A DNA stretch of 64,000 nt, from IMG/VR virus record IMGVR_UViG_3300037524_002067, positions 64,001 to 128,000 of that record, one strand, 5' to 3'. The stretch's first letter is position 1. The number at the start of each line of letters is the position of its first letter. Shown piece after piece: positions 25,256-35,541 of this stretch. The stretch is from a virus. Position numbers and translations under genes: made by a program. A model generated the notes under the pieces. The model was not told the DNA's origin and made no database searches. It was given only the letters and a program-made list of their open reading frames with translations.

Positions 25256-25803
25256 TTTGTGGTTTGAATTTCGCCGCTTTTCATATAAAAACTCAACTCT
25301 TCAAATACACATGTTAGTATATCTAAAAAAGTGAATTTTGTTTTTAAATTCAACTCTATTTCATTATGTGTTAAAGTCATTTTTTCATCAATAAAAACAG
25401 GCAAACTTCCCAATCTATCAAACCCTTCTTCACCATCTTTTGGTTCTATAAATTTTATTTCTGGCAAAACATATAAATAATCTTCCTCGTCGCTAGAAAA
25501 ATCATCACTTTCTATTTTAAAAGATTTATAAAAAGTTATGCTTTTATATTTTTTATCCAATTTTGAAGTTGCGGTGAAAGCCCTTATTGTTTCATACTCT
25601 TCTGAGAAGTAGCCAGAAATAAAACTTTTTAAACCATAAAAACAATGCATTAAATCATCAACGGTAACACTTTTATCAATTGTTGTATAAAAACCCAACA
25701 CTTGCATTAAATAAGTGTTTATATCTTCTATTTCATCTGTGGTAATTAAATTTCCATCCAAATAAAGATTGCCGTTTTTTGCTATTTTTAAAAAGCTGCT
25801 CAT
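25252..25803 (-). CDS. Hypothetical protein
   Basis: 183-aa ORF. Confidence 0.6.
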   Translation of the reverse strand: MSSFLKIAKNGNLYLDGNLITTDEIEDINTYLMQVLGFYTTIDKSVTVDDLMHCFYGLKSFISGYFSEEYETIRAFTATSKLDKKYKSITFYKSFKIESDDFSSDEEDYLYVLPEIKFIEPKDGEEGFDRLGSLPVFIDEKMTLTHNEIELNLKTKFTFLDILTCVFEELSFYMKSGEIQTTN

Positions 25804-27824
25804 TTTACAGTAATTACATTTTCTTTTTCATCATATTTTAACTTTATAGTTGATCCTGGTTTTATTTTTTTGGACAACAAAAACTTAGCTATAGGCGTTT
25901 CAATATGAGTGGTTATTGTTCTTTTTAGAGGTCTTGCTCCATAATCTTTATCATAACCATTGTCAGCTATAAATTTTTTAACAGCCTGATCAATGTTTAT
26001 TTTATAACCTTTTTGTTCTATTCTTTCAATTGTTTTTTGCAATTCAATATCTACTATTTTAATTATGTTTTCTTCTGATAAAACATTAAAAACTATTTTT
26101 TCGTCAATTCTATTTATAAGTTCTGGTTTAAAAACTTTTTTAAGTTCTCCCAAAACTTTGTCATTAATATCTTCTTTTTGAGCACTTGATGATAAACTTA
26201 CAAAACCCAACTTTTTATCTGATACAATTTTTTCTGTACCTATATTTGAAGTCATTATTATAATTGTATTTTTAAAATTTACTTCTTTTCCATGTGAATC
26301 TGTCAACCTGCCATCGTCAAGCACTTGCAATAAAATATTAAAAATATCTGGATGAGCTTTTTCTATTTCATCAAACAATAAAATACAATATGGTCTATTT
26401 TTAACTTTCTCTGTAAGTTGCCCTTTATCTTCATGTCCAACATAACCAGGCGGTGAACCGATCAATTTATTTACAGAAAATTTTTCACCATATTCAGACA
26501 TATCAAACCTCACAAAAGAATCATCAGTGTCAAACAAATATTTTGACAAGACTTTTGCCAATTGTGTTTTACCAGTACCAGTTGGACCTAAAAAAAGAAA
26601 AGATATTGGTTTGTTTGGGTCTTGAATACCGAGCCTGGATCTTTGTATTGCGTCTGTAATTTTATTTACAGCCCCATCTTGTCCAACAACTCTTTCTTTT
26701 ATATAATTATCAAGATGCAACAATTTTTCGTTTTCTGAATCTGTAATTTTGTTTAGCGGTATACCCATTTGTTTAGATACAATACTTGCAACATCCTCTA
26801 TTTTTACATTAATTTTTGTTTGCTTTATTTTTTTCTGCCAAGCAATATTCTCTTCTTCTATTTGTATTGTTAAATCTCTCACTAAATCTCTATATTTTGC
26901 TGCGCCTTCATAATCTTGTGTTCCAGCAGCTTCTCTTTTTTTTGCTTCAGCCTCTTTTAATTCATTTTCTAATCGCTTTATTTCTTCTGATACTGTTGCG
27001 TTTGTAAGTTTAACCCTTGAACCGACTTCGTCCATTAAATCAATAGCTTTATCTGGAAAATTTCTCATTGTAATATACCTGTCAGATAATTCAACGCATT
27101 TTTCAATAACTTCATCAGAATAAGAAACACCATGATATTCTTCGTATTTGTGTCTTATTTGTTTTAAAATTTCAACAGTCTCTTGAGTTGTAGGTATTTT
27201 AATATGTACTTTTTGAAATCTCCTATCTAAAGCACTATCGTTTTCTATAACTTTTTTATATTCATCAGTTGTAGTTGCGCCTATGCACCTCATTTCACCT
27301 CTTGATAAAGCTGGTTTAATTATGTTTGCAGCGTCCATTGTACCTGATGCTCCACCAGCACCTATAACATTGTGAATCTCATCTATAAAAACAATAACAT
27401 CAGGGTTTTTCTGAATCTCTTTTATGATTTCCTCCATCCTTTGTTCAAATTCCCCTCTATACTTAGTCCCAGACACAATAGATGTTATGTTGAGTTCAAT
27501 TATTCTTTTGTTAAACAACATCCTATCAACTTGTTTATTGTATATTCTCAAGGCGAGCCCTTCTACTATTGCTGTTTTTCCAACGCCAGGCTCTCCAACA
27601 AGTATTGCGTTATTCTTTTTCTTTTTGCTTAAAATTTGTATCGTTTGATCTATTTCTTCATCTCTTCCTATTACCAAATCAAGCTTACCAAGAGAAGCCA
27701 ATTTTGTTAGATCTTTTCCAAAATTATCCAACACTGGAGTGTTAGATTTGCTTTTGCTTTTTAATCTATCCAACTTTTGGCTATCATCTTCCTCTTCGTT
27801 AAATGCCTTATTTTTGTTGTCCAT
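25800..27824 (-). CDS. clpC: ClpC-like AAA+ ATPase lacking the N-terminal domain
   Basis: GEPGVGKT, FIDEIH, UVR-like middle domain, GPTGTGKT, GSPPGYVG, LGF loop. Confidence 0.85.
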   Translation of the reverse strand: MDNKNKAFNEEEDDSQKLDRLKSKSKSNTPVLDNFGKDLTKLASLGKLDLVIGRDEEIDQTIQILSKKKKNNAILVGEPGVGKTAIVEGLALRIYNKQVDRMLFNKRIIELNITSIVSGTKYRGEFEQRMEEIIKEIQKNPDVIVFIDEIHNVIGAGGASGTMDAANIIKPALSRGEMRCIGATTTDEYKKVIENDSALDRRFQKVHIKIPTTQETVEILKQIRHKYEEYHGVSYSDEVIEKCVELSDRYITMRNFPDKAIDLMDEVGSRVKLTNATVSEEIKRLENELKEAEAKKREAAGTQDYEGAAKYRDLVRDLTIQIEEENIAWQKKIKQTKINVKIEDVASIVSKQMGIPLNKITDSENEKLLHLDNYIKERVVGQDGAVNKITDAIQRSRLGIQDPNKPISFLFLGPTGTGKTQLAKVLSKYLFDTDDSFVRFDMSEYGEKFSVNKLIGSPPGYVGHEDKGQLTEKVKNRPYCILLFDEIEKAHPDIFNILLQVLDDGRLTDSHGKEVNFKNTIIIMTSNIGTEKIVSDKKLGFVSLSSSAQKEDINDKVLGELKKVFKPELINRIDEKIVFNVLSEENIIKIVDIELQKTIERIEQKGYKINIDQAVKKFIADNGYDKDYGARPLKRTITTHIETPIAKFLLSKKIKPGSTIKLKYDEKENVITVK

Positions 27825-27840
27825 ATTTTTTTATTTAAAT

Positions 27841-28044
27841 TTAGTTGTTTTTTGGTGATAACTCAATAAAATAAATATTGTTGTTATTTTTATCAGCGGA
27901 AATTGAAAGTATGTCAAACTTATTTGCTCCATGCAAATTTCTAATCTCATCCCACAAATCGTCAAAACCTCGCCTTTCAATCTCGTTGGAAGTAACAGAA
28001 TACACTATCTTTTCCAATGTCTCCTGTATTAACTCCATAACCAT
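27841..28044 (-). CDS. Hypothetical protein
   Basis: Short ORF downstream of a terminator. Confidence 0.45.
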   Translation of the reverse strand: MVMELIQETLEKIVYSVTSNEIERRGFDDLWDEIRNLHGANKFDILSISADKNNNNIYFIELSPKNN

Positions 28045-28149
28045 ATTTATTTTTAATAAATAATAGTATATTTTTTTCAAATAACAAAGTGTAACAATAA
28101 AAAACTCGACCTTTTTGGGGTCGAGTTTAAATTTTTTTAAAAAACACAA

Positions 28150-29052
28150 TTATAATTTGTATTTTTTATCTACTTTATCAATTAATTTTATAACCTCAAT
28201 ATTCATCTCCAATTCATTTAACTTCTTCTTAGACAGATTTGTTAAACCTTGGTTTATTTCGGTTTTTATTGATTTAAAACTTGAATGCTCTTTGTTTATT
28301 CCATTTATAAAAGAACTTAGAGTGTTTGCTAAACAATAATTTAAACTTTGCTTTACGCCCCTATCTGACCATTCTTGTTCAGTGTAAAACTTTATAACCT
28401 CATCACTTTCCACAAATTCATAAAAAAGTTTACATGTCCCATTGTCTCGATTTTTTGTTGTGTAAATAAATCGAGTGTTTTTCTTTTCTTGAAAAACCAT
28501 GTGCATATGACAATCAGCTAAGTGTTTTATTCTGTTTACACCTGAAAAATCACCATCTTTATTTACCATACCAATAAGAATAGCTGTTCCACCAGTCTCA
28601 TCCTTCCATTTTTTTAACTCACTTAACACGCGAAGTTCTGCAGCGTCATCTCCCAACCCATGAGAAGCAACAAAATCTGTGGCTGCAGTTTGAAGTGAAT
28701 CTATGATAATGAATTTATAGTTACGTTTTTTTATTTCAGCCATAAAATCCAAAAAATGAGGGTATTCTTTTTCGTCAGTTATATAAGCGTTTTTGTGGTC
28801 AATGCTTACTCTGCGAGTCTGTTTTGCAGCTGATTCACTCGATGTTTCTCTCTCATATAAGGCTGTTGGGATATTTTTAAGACTTTTTTGAATAACTTTT
28901 GCCAAGGTTGTCTTACCAGCCCCAGAGGTACCTGTAAAAAATATAACAGAACTCTGGAAACCACCATCAACAGACAACATGTTGTCAAGTTTTTCTATTC
29001 CAGTGAGTACGCCTGGTGTTGAATTTACGCTGATTGTGCTGTAATTTTTCAT
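28150..29052 (-). CDS. RadA/Sms-like RecA-fold ATPase
   Basis: TGIEKLD..L..GG, GTSGAGKTT, IIDSLQT, NKDG.FSG...KHLAD, KNR. Confidence 0.75.
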   Translation of the reverse strand: MKNYSTISVNSTPGVLTGIEKLDNMLSVDGGFQSSVIFFTGTSGAGKTTLAKVIQKSLKNIPTALYERETSSESAAKQTRRVSIDHKNAYITDEKEYPHFLDFMAEIKKRNYKFIIIDSLQTAATDFVASHGLGDDAAELRVLSELKKWKDETGGTAILIGMVNKDGDFSGVNRIKHLADCHMHMVFQEKKNTRFIYTTKNRDNGTCKLFYEFVESDEVIKFYTEQEWSDRGVKQSLNYCLANTLSSFINGINKEHSSFKSIKTEINQGLTNLSKKKLNELEMNIEVIKLIDKVDKKYKL

Positions 29053-29074
29053 TTTCTTTTTGTTTTATAACTTG

Positions 29075-29104
29075 TTATACGTGTGTAAAAACAAAAAGGT
29101 TTCA
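29075..29104 (-). promoter_or_regulatory. ECF-type promoter TGAAAC-N17-CGTATAA
   Basis: Motif match. Confidence 0.7.
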
Positions 29105-29116
29105 AAAAAGCTTTTT

Positions 29117-30496
29117 TTAACAAAGAGGGGCAATTATTTTTTTAGCAGATTCATAGTCTTTTAATATAAAAGCCTTTTTATTCACTAAAAAATTGGACAT
29201 ATCTGTTATTTTAAACAAATTACATATAGTTAAAAAATCAGTTACTTGTTTTTCGGTGCAATTTAAACCATAATCCTGTATAGACTTTAAAAAGTCTCTA
29301 TATTTTGGCATCATATCACCAACACTAACTGATCCATATTTAAAAAGAACATCTAAAAAACTCATATAACTAGCATCTTTTAAAACAACACCTTGCGATT
29401 TTAAATCTTCTAAAATTTTTTGCTTTTCATTATAGTCTGACTTAATTTCTTCTGTTTTTAAAGGCTGAAATTCACCTTCTTGGTTTGCTACATAACTCAT
29501 AACGACATCTGTTTTTTCTGGTTCATTCGTTGTGTGTTGATTTTTGTTTTCTTCTTTTAGTTCAAAATTTTCTGGAGCAATATTTGCTCCCTCATTTGCT
29601 CCCTCATTTGCTCCCTCATTTACAGTATCATTTACACCATCATTTACAACATCATTTACAGGAGGTCCTTCTTTTTTTATTTTTTCTTTGTCTTCTCCAA
29701 ACTCCCTTTCCAAAGCTATATTTGTTGCAACTATTAAAAAAACAGCCATTGGATCAAAAACAAATATTAATAAAAGTATAAAAAAATTAACTACTTGATC
29801 CATGTCTCTACCAGTGAGTTTAGCTATATATTTAAGTGGTCCAACTTCACCATTTACATCGTTGTTTTTAAGATTTAAAACCTCAAGATCTAAAGCTGTT
29901 GTTTCATTATACTTTCTTTGTGTTCTAGCGTTTAGTGAATCAATTTCAACATTAACACTAAAAATCTCTTTGTTAGCTTGCTCTATTTGAGCCTCGACTC
30001 TTTTTGCAACACCAATCTGTCTTCTCCCGTATAAGCTATCCAGTCTTGATTCTTGTTGGCTTCTAAGATTTGTCAAAGATTTTATTCTATCAGACTTTAA
30101 ATTTTTGCTTTCTTCTAATCTTTTTATTTCAGAAATTATAATTTCTTTTTTCTGGTTAACCATTTCAATTTGAGCGTCTATATTCTGAAGCTTTCCAGAT
30201 GTTGTAGAGTATGCGTTTGATAAAAAGCCGTATATACCAGCACTTGTTATTATCATAACAACTGCAACACCAATTACGAGATATGTTTTAAGGTGCCATT
30301 TTATTTTTTTCCAATACCTGTGTAAAAATGAAGCTGTAACTATTTTTGCAAATTCCAAGGCGGATGCCATTATTATAACTTCTACTTTGGCACCACCAAA
30401 TAATTTCGACAAACCAGTTACGGAAAAAAATGCAGCTGCTCCAGCTAATGACAAAGCTGCTAACGCAACTAAAAATGGGAATATATACTTTTTCAT
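29117..30496 (-). CDS. Membrane protein with a coiled coil
   Basis: TM helices, GIYGFLS, EVGPLKY, IFVFDP. Confidence 0.65.
   Translation of the reverse strand: MKKYIFPFLVALAALSLAGAAAFFSVTGLSKLFGGAKVEVIIMASALEFAKIVTASFLHRYWKKIKWHLKTYLVIGVAVVMIITSAGIYGFLSNAYSTTSGKLQNIDAQIEMVNQKKEIIISEIKRLEESKNLKSDRIKSLTNLRSQQESRLDSLYGRRQIGVAKRVEAQIEQANKEIFSVNVEIDSLNARTQRKYNETTALDLEVLNLKNNDVNGEVGPLKYIAKLTGRDMDQVVNFFILLLIFVFDPMAVFLIVATNIALEREFGEDKEKIKKEGPPVNDVVNDGVNDTVNEGANEGANEGANIAPENFELKEENKNQHTTNEPEKTDVVMSYVANQEGEFQPLKTEEIKSDYNEKQKILEDLKSQGVVLKDASYMSFLDVLFKYGSVSVGDMMPKYRDFLKSIQDYGLNCTEKQVTDFLTICNLFKITDMSNFLVNKKAFILKDYESAKKIIAPLC
29583..29660. repeat. 12-bp coding tandem repeat (NEGA/NDGV)
   Basis: tttgctccctca x3 followed by catttaca-type units. 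Confidence 0.7.
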
Positions 30497-30533
30497 TAAG
30501 TTGAAAAATAATAATTTTTAAATGAAAAACCAA

Positions 30534-30965
30534 TTATTTTTCACCAGGTTGTAAATCTGTGTGTGTGTTATCGCCCAAACCATGTTTTATTTTAAAATCT
30601 GATATCATTTTTTGCAAAAAAGATGTTGGTCTTCCATGAGTTTCGTTGTTTGGTCTTAAATCTTCCAGGTGTTTTTTTGTCCACTTATTAACTTCACCCT
30701 CTGGGGTAATATAATCTTCGTAATTATGATACCAAGTATCTTCATACCAAACATAAAGTGGATGGACTTCACCATATGAATAAGCAACATACATCTTTCC
30801 TAAATCACCCAAATCTTCACCATAAGTGTGAGATCCAACGAAATTTCTGCGATTAGCAACCTCTTGGGAAGCTTGTTTATTCGTTATTCTCTCTTCGTCT
30901 AAATATGCCTCCATTGGAATATTAAGCAAAGATTCTCTTATTATTTTTCTAATTAGATCTTTCAC
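30534..30965 (-). CDS. Hypothetical protein with IRKIIRES motif
   Basis: 143-aa ORF. Confidence 0.6.
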   Translation of the reverse strand: MKDLIRKIIRESLLNIPMEAYLDEERITNKQASQEVANRRNFVGSHTYGEDLGDLGKMYVAYSYGEVHPLYVWYEDTWYHNYEDYITPEGEVNKWTKKHLEDLRPNNETHGRPTSFLQKMISDFKIKHGLGDNTHTDLQPGEK

Positions 30966-31045
30966 TCAAGTTTTTGTTTTATATAAATATCTTAAAAAAA
31001 ACCCCCAAAACATAATTTTGAGGGTTTTAAATATAGAGAATTTAA

Positions 31046-31510
31046 TTAAAAAGGTAGGTCTTCTTCATCTTGTGAATTAAATGCTTCATTTCCATTTGTA
31101 TATGCGTTTGCTTGTTGAGCTGCCTGTGCAACACTATTGCTAACACTCTCTGTTGGAGCATTGTTAGCACTAGAAGATCCTGGTCCTTTTGGAAACAATT
31201 TAATTTCATCAACTTTAATTTTTGTCCAATAGCTCACTTTTTCATCTTTTTCACTTTTTCCATAAGTAATATATCCTTCGATATACACAAGCATTCCTTT
31301 TTTAACGAATTCAGATGCAAATTTTGATTTGCCATTCCAAAGCTCTATTGTATGCCACTCTACTTTTGTTTGTTTGTTACCATCTTTGTCTTTGTAAGAA
31401 GAATTGGTAGCCAACGAAAAAGTTGTTACCTGATTTTCACCTTGAAAAACTTTTGTTTTAGGGTCTTGACCCACTGATCCGATTAGGATTACTTTGTTTA
31501 CTCCGTCCAT
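31046..31510 (-). CDS. ssb: Single-stranded DNA-binding protein
   Basis: VNKVILIG..GQDP, FSLAT, EWH, KG..VYIEG, acidic tail EEDLPF. Confidence 0.9.
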   Translation of the reverse strand: MDGVNKVILIGSVGQDPKTKVFQGENQVTTFSLATNSSYKDKDGNKQTKVEWHTIELWNGKSKFASEFVKKGMLVYIEGYITYGKSEKDEKVSYWTKIKVDEIKLFPKGPGSSSANNAPTESVSNSVAQAAQQANAYTNGNEAFNSQDEEDLPF

Positions 31511-31616
31511 AATAGTGTAATTTTTATTTGTTTATAATGCTATAATTTAAACACTAACACGTATAAAATAAAGTTTTTTTGGATATTTATTAAAAACACA
31601 GACAATTTTGTATCTT

Positions 31617-33302
31617 ATGCAAAAAAATTTAAAATCAATAATCAGAGAAGCTTTTAACGCGGCTTATCAACAATATAAAAAAAGCATTGTTAAAGAGGAT
31701 ACTTCAGCTGAAATGGCTGCAAGATTTGAACAAACCCCTGAAGGTAGAGCGCAAAAGGCAAAAGCTGATCAAGTTATTGATGTTCTAGATAATCAAAAAA
31801 GAGGTTGGGAAAAATACCACTGGGATCCTTCTGGAACTTCATCTTATGACAATTTAAACCACGCACAGTGGAACTATATAATAGAAACACTTTCAGAAAG
31901 AGCTAGATTAACAAAGGATCCAAAATACGCTCAAATATTTTCTAATATATATTCTGTGCTTCCAGTAAGAACTATTGATAGTGATGGCAACTCTATTTCT
32001 TCTAATTCGCCAGCATATAACTATTTCATAAACAACAGTGAAATGTTGCGTGATATAGCAAGACAAAACCCAGATATGGCTTTTGAAGCTCTTGAAAACG
32101 CTTGGGGAAGAGCTTTTTATACAGATGAGTGGAATAAATTACTAGATTTATATCAATCAATGCCTGGGGCTAATTTTGGTAGCTTATTGGCAAACAATAT
32201 TCGTCGTTGGACAAATGACCTTTTAAAATCTAAAAAAAACAAACTAAGACGCGGAACTGGTTCTTTAGATGCCCCAAGCAACATAACTGGTAAATCAACT
32301 GATGTTGAAGGTGGTATTGAATCACAAGAAGACGATAGTATGGATGACGAAGAACAAGTGGGTGGGCCAAAAAACGCTTTTGATGATGAAGAAAATGCGG
32401 AAGACAGCTTAGAAACTGGTTTGGATGCATACTCATCTGATGCAAACAACCTAGATGCCCTATCAAAAAGCAAAAAAGTAGCAGCTTTAAAGTTTCTAAA
32501 ATTTCAAAAAGCCATTGATAAAATTTTGAACATATCACAGGCTCTTCCATTATCAAACAAACAACAACAAGGCGTTTTTGCTCTTAGCGAAATATTGAAA
32601 AACTTTAAAACATACGATGAAATCGCATCTGAATTTCCAGAAAAATTCTCAGATAAAGATGAACAAGGCAACGTTGTAAATGCGGAAGTTGCCGCTGTTA
32701 AATCAAGATTAAAAAGCATCTTGAATAAGATAGCAAAACCAATGTTGGAACCATATGGCGTTACTCCTGATGTGTTTTCTGAAAAATCGTGGGAAAGCAA
32801 ATATAATTTGCCAAATGACATAGTTGATCAAATTGTGAATCAATTCAATGCTGTTTCAAAAGCTGGCACAACTGAAAAAAGACAATATACAAATGCGTTT
32901 ATAGAATATGCTAAAAACCATTTAACACCAGAAGAAATAGCTGAAAAACCTATTCAAGGAGTTTACAAAAAAGAAAAAAGAAAAACATCTAGCGCAGATG
33001 CTGTAAAAGAAGCTATAATGAATTTAAATAAAAACCAAAAGTTTGAGGCTTTAGCTGACTCAATATTAAACGAATTTGGTTTTCCAATTGCTTTTGACTC
33101 TATTATTTGGTCAGATTATTGGAAAGCGGGAAAAGAACTTCAAAGTTTAGCTGGAGCAAAAAAGGAACCAGCTTTAGCAAAAGAAAAAGATCCAGAAAAA
33201 GATTTGTACCCTTTTCAAAGAGAGAGTTATGAAGCTTTTTTGGCAGAAAATTTTGATATAATTGTAAAGAAAGTATATGATAGATTAGAAAAGTTTTTAT
33301 AA
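31617..33302 (+). CDS. Divergent ECF-like sigma factor (large)
   Basis: Region-2-like FGSLLANNIRRWTNDLLK..K.R...SLDAP; region-4-like LS.KQQ.GVFAL......TYDEIA.....AVKSRL; second EEIA motif. Confidence 0.45.
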   Translation: MQKNLKSIIREAFNAAYQQYKKSIVKEDTSAEMAARFEQTPEGRAQKAKADQVIDVLDNQKRGWEKYHWDPSGTSSYDNLNHAQWNYIIETLSERARLTKDPKYAQIFSNIYSVLPVRTIDSDGNSISSNSPAYNYFINNSEMLRDIARQNPDMAFEALENAWGRAFYTDEWNKLLDLYQSMPGANFGSLLANNIRRWTNDLLKSKKNKLRRGTGSLDAPSNITGKSTDVEGGIESQEDDSMDDEEQVGGPKNAFDDEENAEDSLETGLDAYSSDANNLDALSKSKKVAALKFLKFQKAIDKILNISQALPLSNKQQQGVFALSEILKNFKTYDEIASEFPEKFSDKDEQGNVVNAEVAAVKSRLKSILNKIAKPMLEPYGVTPDVFSEKSWESKYNLPNDIVDQIVNQFNAVSKAGTTEKRQYTNAFIEYAKNHLTPEEIAEKPIQGVYKKEKRKTSSADAVKEAIMNLNKNQKFEALADSILNEFGFPIAFDSIIWSDYWKAGKELQSLAGAKKEPALAKEKDPEKDLYPFQRESYEAFLAENFDIIVKKVYDRLEKFL

Positions 33303-33305
33303 AAA

Positions 33306-33557
33306 CTATTCTTGTTTCATAACTACTACCTCAAAATTTTCGTTATCTACTCTAACAATCTTGTTATCTTTATCAATTTTAAAAATATTAAGATTGCAAT
33401 CAAAAAAAACTTTAGAGTAGTTCATATCAGTGCCTGACAATATTTTGTTTTTAGAGATGTCCTTGATCCTTATTTGTAATCTATCTTTTTTAGGTGTTAA
33501 AACCTGTTCAAATAAAAAATTTACTTCTTTATAAAATTGTGTATCGCTCATACACAA
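33306..33557 (-). CDS. Hypothetical protein
   Basis: 83-aa ORF. Confidence 0.5.
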   Translation of the reverse strand: MCMSDTQFYKEVNFLFEQVLTPKKDRLQIRIKDISKNKILSGTDMNYSKVFFDCNLNIFKIDKDNKIVRVDNENFEVVVMKQE

Positions 33558-33563
33558 ATTTAG

Positions 33564-34007
33564 TTATTTTTTAGAGAAAAGACAAATTATGTCGTTAATT
33601 ATGTCTAGTTTTTTTAAAAGTGTTTCTTTAAACCCAGACAAAAGACTCTCTGGTGTTTCGTTTGGAAAAAACCACCCAAAATCAATAGCTTCACCCTCAA
33701 CTTCAATGTTTGGTGTGAATTCCTCATCAAAAACACCAGCAAAAGTATAAAAATCAATATGATTTGTTTTTTGAACGTGTAATGGTTTTTTGGACATTCT
33801 ATATTTGCCAAGATACATACTTTCTTCTCTAAATTCTCGCTTAGCTGTATCTTTTGGAGATTTGTCTAAATCATTTTCAAATCCACCACCAAAACAAGCC
33901 CATTCTCCAGGTTGATCCTGGTCGTGACCGCGTCTTACCAAAAGAATTCTTCCAGTTTTTGGGCAAATAGGTAAAACACCAGCAGCTATTTGTTTTTGAG
34001 TTCGCAT
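33564..34007 (-). CDS. Nudix hydrolase
   Basis: W..FGG..E.......TAKREFREES. Confidence 0.85.
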   Translation of the reverse strand: MRTQKQIAAGVLPICPKTGRILLVRRGHDQDQPGEWACFGGGFENDLDKSPKDTAKREFREESMYLGKYRMSKKPLHVQKTNHIDFYTFAGVFDEEFTPNIEVEGEAIDFGWFFPNETPESLLSGFKETLLKKLDIINDIICLFSKK

Positions 34008-34035
34008 ATTTAATAAATATGCTAAAAAACAACTT

Positions 34036-35538
34036 TTAAAATAGCAGTGCCATAAAATAAATTTTATGCTTGGCGCGACTAACCGCTACGTAATGAATAT
34101 TTCTAGGCTCAACATCATCTTCATCGCTCGGATCAAAAGTTAACTTTTCTCTTTGTTTTTTTGTTAGATTTGAAGCTCCTGGGTTTGCGTCTAACAAATA
34201 AGGTGGTATAGAGTTTACTATAACAGTGGTATCAAATTCTCGACCCTTTGATTTGTGTATAGTTGTAATAAATTTATTTGACTTCTTGTGCATTTCAATA
34301 AAGTGAATCAAATCATTAGGAGTTTCAAAATCATGCTTAAACATATTTAGTTTTGTTTTAAGAGCTTGGTTTATTTCTCCAGCATGAAAACTCTTCACAT
34401 CTGAAGAGGTGATGTAATTGGTATATTTAATTGGTATTTTTCTTTTTAACAATATTATCTCCAATTTTTTTATAACATCATTTGTTCTAACTAAAACAGC
34501 AACTTCTTCTGGTAATTGTAAAACCTCTATAAGTTCATCTATTGTTAACATCAATTTATTATCCACAAAACCATCCTCTTGACTATTAGCAGTAGCTTTA
34601 AGACCAGAAAACTGATTTGAATTCTTAACTATATTTTGATCGCTTCTGAAATTTACAGATAAAGACATTTCAATAGTCTCCCTTCTATTTTTAATCATTT
34701 CTTCTAACTTAGAGCAATTAGCCCCCGAATAAGAGTAAATGCTTTGATAACGGTCTCCTATCAGATAATAATGATTTGCGTTTAAAGCCAATAGCACCTG
34801 AAGCTGTATGGTTGACGTGTCTTGATATTCATCTACAAAAATATAATCATATTTTCCGCGAAATTGTTTTAAATATTTATCTTCTCTAAACAAATCTCTA
34901 ACTTCAATCAGCATATCAGAAAAATCCCTAGCTCTTTTTTCGCGAAGAAACAAATTATACTCACTTATGTAAGCTGGAACTTTTGATTTTATACCATCAG
35001 CGGATTGTAATTTAAAAGCAGCTATTGCAGATGCTAAATAATCAGCCTCATCATATAGTGTTCCTATAGTTTCGTAATAAAAATTTTTCGTAGCTTGATC
35101 TGCACTTGGACTTGGCTTATATTTATCTCTAAACCACTCTACAAATTGATAAAAAGTTGCTATCTGCTTAAATTTACCACACTTTGCTAAAACACCCATA
35201 CAAAAAGAGTGTATAGTGGTAACCACAATGTCTTTGTTGCCAATTCTTTTTATCAACTCTTCAGTCGCTGCTCTAGTAAACGAAAAAAATATAATGCGAG
35301 ATGGGTCTACACCTCTTTTTAACAATTCTTTAAGCCTACCAACACAACTTGCTGTTTTTCCAGAGCCAGCTGTGGCTGCCAAAATTATAGATTTATCTTC
35401 TTTAAACTCTATAAATTCAGCTTGCTCTTTGGTATATTTTTTATTTTCAACATTACCGAACTCAGTGCCTTCAAAAAGCGTAACTTGAGTTTCTGGTTGT
35501 GGTTGATTTTTCTTTATTGTTATACGTTTTTTTGCCAC
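34036..35538 (-). CDS. UvrD/Rep-like SF1 helicase (compact)
   Basis: ATAGSGKT, VDEYQDTS, GDRYQSIY, NFRS, TIHKSKGREF, YVAVSRAK. Confidence 0.9.
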   Translation of the reverse strand: MAKKRITIKKNQPQPETQVTLFEGTEFGNVENKKYTKEQAEFIEFKEDKSIILAATAGSGKTASCVGRLKELLKRGVDPSRIIFFSFTRAATEELIKRIGNKDIVVTTIHSFCMGVLAKCGKFKQIATFYQFVEWFRDKYKPSPSADQATKNFYYETIGTLYDEADYLASAIAAFKLQSADGIKSKVPAYISEYNLFLREKRARDFSDMLIEVRDLFREDKYLKQFRGKYDYIFVDEYQDTSTIQLQVLLALNANHYYLIGDRYQSIYSYSGANCSKLEEMIKNRRETIEMSLSVNFRSDQNIVKNSNQFSGLKATANSQEDGFVDNKLMLTIDELIEVLQLPEEVAVLVRTNDVIKKLEIILLKRKIPIKYTNYITSSDVKSFHAGEINQALKTKLNMFKHDFETPNDLIHFIEMHKKSNKFITTIHKSKGREFDTTVIVNSIPPYLLDANPGASNLTKKQREKLTFDPSDEDDVEPRNIHYVAVSRAKHKIYFMALLF

Positions 35539-35541
35539 TAC

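Noticed and set aside
31540-31566. CGTATAA upstream of the sigma-like gene as an autoregulatory ECF promoter
   Set aside because: No AAC element at the 16-17-nt spacing.
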